A stretch of DNA of 64,000 nt from contig OX597815.1 in NCBI GenBank assembly GCA_951406725.2, positions 114,452,001 to 114,516,000 on the forward strand, given 5' to 3'. Each line of letters starts with the position of its first letter. Position 1 is the first letter of the stretch. Below are positions 54,364 to 64,000 of this stretch, in pieces. This stretch comes from Octopus vulgaris (lineage: Eukaryota). The translations under genes were made by a program, and so were the position numbers. The notes beneath the pieces are model-generated. The model had not been told where the DNA came from and ran no database searches. It saw only the letters and a list, made by a program, of their open reading frames with translations.

Positions 54364-54814
54364 TACATAATTAAAACTATGTATAGTTTAATTACCCCCT
54401 TGGTATTGATCACCTATAAATACCCATAGTTCCCTGCTATCTTCTTCCTCTAATCACCATTTTAGTACTAGCAAAAAAGGAAGATATGTATTTGAATTTT
54501 TCTTGTTATATATCACATTTAAACACAGACATTTTTATTTTGATGTATAATTTTATATCTCACTTTCTGTATTTGACATATACTTGATTTTACATGATTG
54601 ATATATATATACTAATTCATATTTATAATGTATGATTTATAAATTTTAATTCTTAATATTACTAAATATAATTTTTATTTTAAATCTTAATCTTTAATGC
54701 TTAATTGTATTACTTATTTTTTAAAGGGATGTAAAATTAGATATATAATATTTTGAAAAAGAACCTGAAGATGTGTTGGAATAGCTGTAAATCTGACGAT
54801 TGCATATATGTATT

Positions 54815-54896
<82 letters not shown>

Positions 54897-55189
54897 TCTG
54901 TGTGTATACAGTTGTGTATATGTATATATATTGTAATCTTCCAATACTGAAACACGTGTAGTGCCTTCATATTTAATAAATTTAAGTATTAACTAAAGTA
55001 GGAGATAATTAATGAAGTATAATATATACCCTGCTGGTAATTTTGGTTATGTCCTTTAAGTATTATTTCTGATGCCATGAGTTTACTTTCAGATATACTC
55101 ATTAGGTTATTTTTTGTATTATCTGAAATAGAACACCCGCATATTGATTAATCCCCCAAAATTAAATTATATATGTAGAAGCTGTTGCA

Positions 55190-55661
55190 ACGAGACGATC
55201 TTCTTTGTGAAGCGTTGCTGGATTGCTTCAAGGTCTGCTATTAATTTTATACTGGGGGCAGTAATCCAGGCGGGAGGATGATCATGGTTTACTTTCCTCT
55301 GATTTTGAACGTTCTCAGGATCCAGCCAGCCAGTCGTCTGCATTTTGTCGCCATTCTAGTAATGTGCCTTCACTGATTCAGACTCTGGGATTGTAATCCC
55401 TTGTGGAACAGTGTACCCTGTAAGTTTATTTTCAGTTTTGGACGGTGGTAGCGCAGGCCTTGAAATTTTCAGCATTATACTGTATATTATTATCCTCAGC
55501 TCATCTGTAAATTGAGTCCAACTCCTGCTGCAGGTGTGCAACTTTGCTGGATTCTGTATTTTCTGCGAGACCTTCGTGTCGTCTATGTAGCTAGCAAGGG
55601 TTGCTATCCGGACAGCTGAGGGCATATCTGAGAGGGGCATTATGAGAAGCTGTTCTCCCAA
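55190..55661 (-). pseudogene. CR1-type LINE RT fragment
   Basis: LLIMPLSDMPSAVRIATLASYIDDTKVSQKI (YADDTK-like). Confidence 0.75.
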
Positions 55662-55712
<51 letters not shown>

Positions 55713-55779
55713 CTACGTCACACGAGTAATCCCTTTGTCCCCTCTGTGTTTAGCCCCCTGTGGGCAGTAAAGATATATA

Positions 55780-55811
<32 letters not shown>

Positions 55812-55813
<2 letters not shown>

Positions 55814-56194
55814 GAGGCGCAGTGGCCCAGTGGTTCGAGTAACGGACTTGCTGTTCCGATCGACGGAACAGCCTGCTTGTGAAATTAACGTGCAAGTCGC
55901 TGAGCACTCCACGGACACGTGTACTGTTAATGAAGTTCTCGGGGAGATTCAGCGTGACACAGAGTGTGACAAGGCTGGCCCTTTGAAATACAGGTACAAG
56001 AAAAACAGGAAGAAAGAGTGAAAGAGAGTTGTGGTGAAGGAGCACAGCAGGGTTCTCCATCACCTCCTTCTGGAGCCTCGTGGAACTTCAGATGTTTTCA
56101 CTCAATAAACACTCACAACGCCTGATCTGGGAATCGAAACCGCGATTATACGACCGCGAGTCCGCTACCCGAACCACTGGGCCACTGCGCCTCC
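55812..56194. mobile_element. SINE family C: two tRNA-like heads in inverted orientation
   Basis: ggaggcgcagtggcccagtggttcg (+, 55813) and its reverse complement ending at 56193, with a B-box-like ggtttcgattccc on the minus strand; body repeated at 56495-56640. Confidence 0.7.
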
Positions 56195-56207
56195 ACACAT
56201 ACACACA

Positions 56208-56289
<82 letters not shown>

Positions 56290-56294
<5 letters not shown>

Positions 56295-56485
56295 TTCTTT
56301 ATTGCCCACAGTAGGATAAACACAGAGGAGACAAAGGGATTAATTGATTGCATCGACCCCAGTGCGTAACTGGTACTTATTTAATCGACCCCGAAAGGAG
56401 GAAAGGCAAAGTCAATCTCAGCGGAATTTGAACTTAGAACGTAGCAGCAGACGAAATACCGCCAAGCATTTTGCCCAGCGTGCTA
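56290..56485 (-). mobile_element. SINE family B
   Basis: Matches 3428-3660. Confidence 0.75.
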
Positions 56486-56871
56486 TTATATATTACTACG
56501 GTACTCCGTCGGTTACGACGACGAGCGTTCCAGTTGATCTTGTCAACGGAACAGCCTGCTCGTGAAATCAATATGCAAGTGGCTGAGCACTCCACAGACA
56601 CGTGTACCCTTAACGTAGTTCTCAGGGAGATTCAGCGTGGCATATATAATATATATATATAGTATATGGATATAATATATATTCAGATGTGTATAATATA
56701 CAGACACACCCACCCACACGCATATATATTGGTGAACTCTAAGAACATTTTTCTCATGTAATTGGAATTTTTTCTTTACTACTTTGTAAGCTACAAATAC
56801 ATTTATTCTTGTTTGTAGGCATGAATGTACGTACGTTCATAAATACGTATTCATTTTCACACAACGTTAAG

Positions 56872-57031
56872 TTCGTCTTCTTCTTCTTCTTCTTCTTCTT
56901 CTTCTTCTTCTTCTTCTTCTTCTTCTTCTTCTTCTTCTTCTTCTTCTTCTTCTTCTTCTTCTTCTTCTTCTTCTTCTTCTTCTTCTTCTTCTTCTTCTTC
57001 TTCTTCTTCGTCTTCTTCTTCGTCTTCTTCT
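56872..57031. repeat. (TTC)n microsatellite
   Basis: Direct read. Confidence 0.95.
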
Positions 57032-57399
57032 CCACGGAAGATTCACAGCGATGTTTCTGTTAAATAGACTCAACTTATTAAAGATAGGTATTTTATCGAA
57101 TCCAGGAAGACAAAGTCTACCTGTATTGGAACAGAAAACGAAGAACTGCAGAAAGAATTTGTCTGGCTGGGTTTAAATATGCATAGATGTCGATATATTA
57201 GAGTTATAGTCAAAATATGTATCGATGTAGTTATATTATAGTTCAGTGGCTGAATTACAATACGAATCTGGAATTGTAGAATCTGGAATTGTAGAATCTG
57301 GAACAAGACAACGATTCTCCAAACAGAATTTGAACTAAAAACATATAGGAGTAAAATATTACATTTTCTCGTTTCTTGTTTATTTTCTAAGATTGTATG

Positions 57400-57438
<39 letters not shown>

Positions 57439-57483
57439 ATGTGTGTGTGCATATATTTTAATTTAATTTGGCCTTTTTTTTCT

Positions 57484-57685
57484 ATTTTACTTGCTTCAGT
57501 CAGACTGTGGCCATACTGGGGCACCACTTCGAGGAATTTTAGTCGAACGACTCAACCCCAGTACTTATTTTCTTTTTCAGCCTGATACTTATTCTATCGG
57601 TCTCTCTTGCCGAACCGCTAAGTTACGAGGATGTAAATACACCAACATCGGTTGTCAAGCGATGGAGGAGGACAAACAGATACAC
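57484..57685 (-). mobile_element. SINE family A, 3' half
   Basis: cagtcagactgtggccatactggggcacc...gccgaaccgctaagttacg...catcggttgtcaagcg. Confidence 0.75.
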
Positions 57686-58486
57686 ACGCACGTACATATA
57701 TTTAGATGTACACTCACATACATACGGCGCGCACGCCTATGTGCGTGAATGCTTAATCTGTTGTCCGATGTAACACTGCCGTCTCACTCATGAGTGTCTT
57801 TAGTGGCGTTCAGTCTGTCGTAAGTATTCAAGCCAAGTCCCTGGTTTGAAGGTACCTTCCTCCTTCCCCCAGCGCAACCAGTCTCCGATGCCCTGAAAAA
57901 ATTAGGGTCACGGGCGTTATTCTTCTTTCCCTGGCTAAACTGTAAAAATAAAAGAATATATGCATTAACCAACATGTTACTTTTTTTAGACAGTAGGGTG
58001 TGAAGAAAGATTTGGCTACTAATGTTTGCAGGTCGAGCGACCACATCCAAGCGAATTCTTTTAAATCAACAAGATAGAAACATTTCCCTTGAGGCAAATG
58101 TATTCAAAGCTTGAGCTATTCTGAGACAGCAAAAAAGGAAGTAGAGATGGAATATAAAAGTTTCAAATTATAAAATTTTCTTTAAATCCCCAGAGAATAA
58201 ACATTCAATGAAATAGAAGTTGTTGACAATCTTTTAAAAATGTTCTGAATATTTATTTTTTATTTTTACTTATTTGCATTATTTCATTTAAAATTTTAAA
58301 TCGCCACAAACTGATCACGCCCGTAGCCTAATATTTCCCATGTGGATTTGAAAAATGTGGGTTGTATTGTTTTCACATTTTCCTTAGAATTTTCTTATTT
58401 ATACTAATTTTCTTCTTGGCTTTATTTAAAGTTCTTTTTTCTAATTGATGTTGTCGTTGTTGTTGTTCTTGTTTTTGCTGATGTTG

Positions 58487-58530
<44 letters not shown>

Positions 58531-58617
58531 CTGGTGGTGCTGGTGGTGGTGCTGGTGGTGCTGGTGGTGCTGGTGGTGCTGGTGCTGGTGCTGGTGGTGC
58601 TGGTGCTGGTGCTGGCG
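58487..58617. repeat. Compound (GAT)n-(GGT/GCT)n trinucleotide repeat
   Basis: Direct read. Confidence 0.9.
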
Positions 58618-59865
58618 GTAGATTGCTATGAGCGGACGAATCTAACAAGTCTCCTGAAAGAATTGGAATATTACCACGTTCTACTTCTGGTGACTTTATC
58701 TTTTAATTTGTAGTTTTCGAAACTTGAAGTGGAAAATAAAGAAGTTCTTTCCTAAATTTCTATATACTTTTTATTTTGCATGTTTTCATTCACTTACAAA
58801 ACAATATAACTTCTTTGTTATGGATAGCGGTGAAACTTGCAAGCAGCAATATTAATAGCAAAATACATGTCCCAAAGAAAAAAAAGAACTTGCGAAAAAA
58901 AGAAGATCCACATTATATTTAAAATGGGTAAACTGTGGGAAAAAAAGATTAACCACATGGAACAGGCATAACAAACATCCAGACTTTAACAAACTTTTAA
59001 CGCTTTTGTTTGTCATGTCAATAGTAATAACAACGGTTTTGCCAGCATCACTAGCCCAAAGGAGTTACCGGATATTGGCCGACTCCTGCGAAAAAGTGGG
59101 GGGGGGGGGGGGCATGGGAGAAGTAAGTTACGAAGAACAATGCCGCTTTATTTTTGAGATATAAGGTGCAGGTTGCGATGCAAACTGGGCAAAAACGCTA
59201 CGTCTACCTCCCAAGTATACTACAGCAGGATTTGAATTCAGAATAACAAGTACTCGCATAAATACCGCGAAGCATCTTGCCCTAAGTTCCTACATCTTTG
59301 TCAATCCATCGCCTTGGATTAGTACTTTTACTTCGACTCCGAAGAGATGAAAGACAAAGTTGGCCTCAGCGAGATTTGAACACAGAGAACTGCGATAGTT
59401 AGAACAAATACCGTGAGCTATTCTATCTGAGACTCTAACTACTGGAGTACTTGTTTCGTACTTTATTTTGTTATCCCAGAAAAATAAAAAGCAAAGTTGA
59501 CTTCAGTGTGATTTAAACACAGAACAGCGATGGTTAGAACAAATATCGTAAGGCATTCTATCCGACGCTGTAACTACTCTAGTACTTATCTGGCACTTTC
59601 CTTTATAGATCCCGAGATGTTGACAGGCAAAGCTGACTTCGGTAAAGGACCTGCAACAAAGGAGGAGGAGGGGGATGTATTTCAAATTTTTAGCGTATGG
59701 CCAGCTATTAGTATGTTGATGCCTGTGCTTACGTGTGTGTGTGTGTGGTGCGTGCGTGCGTGCGTGAGTGAGTGAGTGAGTGAGTGAGTGAGTGAGTGAA
59801 TGTGTGAGTGAGTGAGAGACTACATGAACATTTGCATAAGTCCTTTATATATATAAATATATATA

Positions 59866-60560
59866 CAGGGTGCGATGAATAAATTGTCGTCTAACTAACG
59901 CAGAAATGAAAATAATACTGACATCTCATTTTAACAGATATATTTACCAAAATTACATTAAAATATTTTGAAATACTAAAGAGTAAATTTATTTAATAAA
60001 ATCGCAATTGGCTTCAACCACGGCCTCCAGATGACTTCGGAATCTTCTGCAACTCTTCAGGACGGTTTCCTAGTTAAAATTGGTGAATGCTGCCATAATC
60101 CTTGCCTTCGGTTCATCTTTGGTGTTACAAGGTGTTTTCTTGGTCTCGCGCCCAACTGCGCCCCACGCATAATACTCAAAGGGGTTGCAGTCTGGGGAGT
60201 TAGGTGGCCAGATGTTAGGGGTGATGTGGTCACAGAAATTGTCTGACAGTCATGACTGGATTCTGCTTGTGTGACATGGTGCAGAGTCCTATTGCCAGAC
60301 ATAAGTTCTTCCAGCAGCCACCCTCTTGACCCAGAGCAGCACTACCTGCTCCAGGCACATGTACACCTCCGGGTTGAGTCTCAGGTCGTGTTGCAAGATG
60401 AATAGAGGCATAACTACTCTCGGTACATATTTTGGGGACACGGCAAACCAATGGTTGTTCTGTGTGTTCACCACCTGATCCTGACAGAAATCTTTCTCGT
60501 CTTAGAAAAACCAAAGCATCTTCGGTTACAGGGAATGCTTGAGTTTGTTCAAAAGCTTTC
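59866..60560 (-). pseudogene. Tc1/mariner (maT-like) transposon 3' fragment
   Basis: TA followed by CAGGGTG TIR start; minus-strand translation YVWQ.DSAPCH...IWPPNSPDCNPFEYYAWGAV. Confidence 0.8.
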
Positions 60561-61297
60561 CACACACCTCCCACATTCAACTTCCTCCTCCATCTACACA
60601 GCTGCATACTACCTACTTCGGTACCCTCACCACACATACACCACTATACAAACACCCATACACACTGTTCAACCCATTACTCACTTCACACAACATTACA
60701 CACACACACACACACACATCTTCCCACTCCACACACACTAGCACTGAACACTTCTCAGCACCCACACCACACATCATTATCCATACATACACACACCATT
60801 AACCACACATTCACACACAATCTTCAATAGAGTCACCACACATACCACGATACGAGCAGCTCCACACGCTGTTTAACTCAGTACACACACCATCATGTAC
60901 ACTCCTACAAACACATAATACCTGAATACAGACAATGTATACACAAACACGAAACATGCATACACGAAACACACGAAACACGCTGCACAGATAGACACAT
61001 AACTTTCGCCCACAAACATACACAATACACATGCACACTATTTGGTCATAGACACACACAAACACACGTGCACACACCACCTGAACAAGCACACATCAAC
61101 TGCTACACACAACGCACACACACGTTCGCCTCACACATATACACGCGTACATACACATACACATATACACACGTCCAAACGCACACGCACGCACACACTC
61201 GCCCACACTTACCCCATTCCCACATACATACTCACACACAACATTCTCACATACACACACGCGCTTGCGCACCTTAGTTCGTTGGGGTCTATCATTA

Positions 61298-61673
61298 TTA
61301 TTACCTCCACCTTTGCGAAGGCAGATGTATTGTTTTCAGTCATGTTTGTTTCTTTGTTTGTCTATGGTCAAGATATCTCAAGAACCGCTGGATGGCTTCG
61401 GATGAAACTTCCAGAGATGTTTGGTCTCGTGGCTGGCACGAACTGATTAGATTTTGCGATCGATCGAGTACCAGACAAGGATTCTGGATTATTTTTCCTG
61501 TTTTTTTTTTATACTTAATTTTTGAGAGCGGTTGGGTTCCTTTTTAGTATTTTCATTTGTGAGAGCAGGCGAGTTCATTTTAGATATTCTCGTTTTAAAA
61601 ATAATCTCTGGCTAATCGTTGAGAGGACGTTGGAGTTGCCTTGGTGGAGGTTTGCGCTCTCTGAGTGCTCTTG
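61298..61673 (+). mobile_element. Helentron-associated non-autonomous element (HINE/DINE-1-like)
   Basis: Subterminal inverted repeat cctccacc (61304)/ggtggagg (61643), gttt microsatellite, 3' hairpin gcgctc-tct-gagtgc, T-rich flanks. Confidence 0.7.
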
Positions 61674-61739
61674 TTGTTGTTGTTATTATTATTATTATCT
61701 CCCTTTCATTCAACCTCTTTTTTCCAGTCATCTCACCAT

Positions 61740-62026
<287 letters not shown>

Positions 62027-63370
62027 TCGTGAAATAGTGTCATACTCAAGAAGACAACACACAGCACAGTCCGGGAATGGAACTCACTACCTCATGATTG
62101 TGAACCCGAAGCTCTAACTACTGAGCCATGTGCCCTTACCCATCATACTCGTGTTTGGCCAAAATGCCGTATTTATTCCGTCTTCGTCAATCGTCTCAAA
62201 TTACATTTCTTTGCTTTCGTAAGTCCACTCTGTATTGTTTTGTTTGCTTGAGCCCTAATTCTCCGCAAATTTTGCGGGTGCTGACGATTTGCGAAGTTCT
62301 CAGTCTTGTCGTTAAAAGCATGAAACTGTGTATTAGTATTTCGGTCGATAACTGATGAAGAATTAGGGTCCTTCTGTGTCTGTCCTACGTGTATGTGTTT
62401 TAGTATTTAACGCATTTTTCATTTATTGAATAAATGAATTCCACGCATCCCGACTTTTGTTAACTGTATATGTATATATATATATGTGTGTGTGTGGTAC
62501 AATAATGTAAGTTAATTTTATGTTAGTTAGTTAGTTAGTTAATTTGGCTCAAAAGCAAATAGCAAGGCCATGTAGGGGGACATGGAGTTAAGTACAGGGT
62601 GGTGTTCATGTAAATAGTTCAGGCCACTTGAGGTCAAGGGAGGCTTTATGTTGAAACTACAGTAGAAGACATCCAAGTTGCCGCGCGCTTGGATGGAATC
62701 TAAAAGCATGGGATTGTTTTGCTATTTCGAAGGTCCATATACTTACGGCCATATTTATGCCTTTTTCTTTATTTATAGCTGCTTTCGTTTTTATTCTTTC
62801 TTTCTTTCTTTATTTATTTTTACAGTATGACATGATAAATCGAAGTCGTTACGAAGAGGAGGCTGAGTACAATAGAAACAAATGTGGATAGCTTACACAT
62901 TGCACTCTATTTATTTATTCATTCATTCATTTTGCGATAAATTTTTTTTTATTTGCTCTTTAATATTCGCTACTTTTAACAGTAAGCCTATTTTCAAAAA
63001 AATATATTTAACGATAAACGTAAAACTTGGGCGGAGTTCAAGGAATATATCCGAAATCTTGCTGCAAAGTCATCTTTACCATCTGGCCCAAACCTTCTTT
63101 CTCACCCACTGCTTTCATCTGCTATCTTAGTCTCCTCCTCCTCCTCCTCCTCCTCCCCTTTTTCTTCTTTCAGCTTCTTTGCGTTCTCTCTCTTTGAAAA
63201 AAAATTTTTTTTTTTTCCTTTTGCATATTTGCTTTCTTTTTCATCTCTTCTTATTCACTTCCTCTCGCTTTTTCGTCTCTCTCTCTATCCGTTTTTGGGG
63301 TGCTTTATTCTTCCTCATAATAATTCTTTCATTAGCTTTTCTATCATTCTTTGATACAAATACACGCACG

Positions 63371-63514
63371 CGCACACGCACGCACACTCGCGCACACGCA
63401 CGCACACTCGCGCACACGCACGCACACTCGCGCACACGCACGCACACTCGCGCACACGCACGCACACTCGCGCACACGCACGCACACTCGCGCACACGCA
63501 CGCACACTCGCGCA
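63371..63514. repeat. 20-bp minisatellite x7 (cgcacacgcacgcacactcg)
   Basis: Direct read, perfect copies. Confidence 0.95.
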
Positions 63515-63779
63515 ATATCTGTATTTCTGTGTTTATGTGCGTGCGTGCCTGCGTATTATCGCTGCGTGTGTGTGTTTATCTAGTTACATCAGTTTGTTTA
63601 CCAATATATTTATAGTTATTTGCCTGTGAGCCTCACTAACCACACGCATACACACACATACACACAGGCACAGATACTAAAGATTACACATGTACATATG
63701 ATGAATGTGTAAGTTTATAAGTTTATTTGCGTATCTATAAATATATGTGTTATGTGTTTGTATAGGCATGTGTGCACGT

Positions 63780-63867
<88 letters not shown>

Positions 63868-64000
63868 GTCTATGTATTTATGTGCATTAAAGTGAGTTTC
63901 TCTCTCTGTATATATGCATGCATGTATGTAGGCATGCATGTATACATGTATGTATGCATGTATGTATGTATGTGTGTATGTATGTATGTATGTATGTATG

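Noticed and set aside
58373-58713. Pro/Ala/Ser/Gln-rich ORF as a host exon
   Set aside because: Entirely explained by trinucleotide repeats; no splice or homology support

Overview
AT-rich, microsatellite-saturated eukaryotic DNA. The SINE families and repeat style point to an octopus (coleoid cephalopod) genome; this is an inference. No host protein-coding exon could be supported. The only intact ORFs belong to a full-length, two-ORF L1/Tx1-type non-LTR retrotransposon (15274-20663, minus strand, 17-bp target-site duplication, no poly(A) tail). It sits inside a tandem array of a 362-bp repeat, and each unit of that repeat carries a type I hammerhead ribozyme (HHR) with a compensatory U3:A8 core. 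The LINE is therefore bracketed by two same-sense ribozymes 5769 nt apart. Two further, mutually related HHR-bearing tandem arrays (474-bp and 485/486-bp units, retrozyme/Penelope-like) show covarying RNA structure. Several smaller atypical HHR-like motifs and long fold-back elements are embedded in (TA)n tracts. The rest is decayed mobile DNA (Gypsy/Mag LTR element, RTE, CR1/L2, a second Tx1, an R2/R4-like element, mariner and Tc1/maT fragments, Helitrons/HINE, MITEs, tRNA-derived SINEs) and simple repeats. Boundaries of decayed elements are approximate. All RNA structures were derived by eye, not computed.
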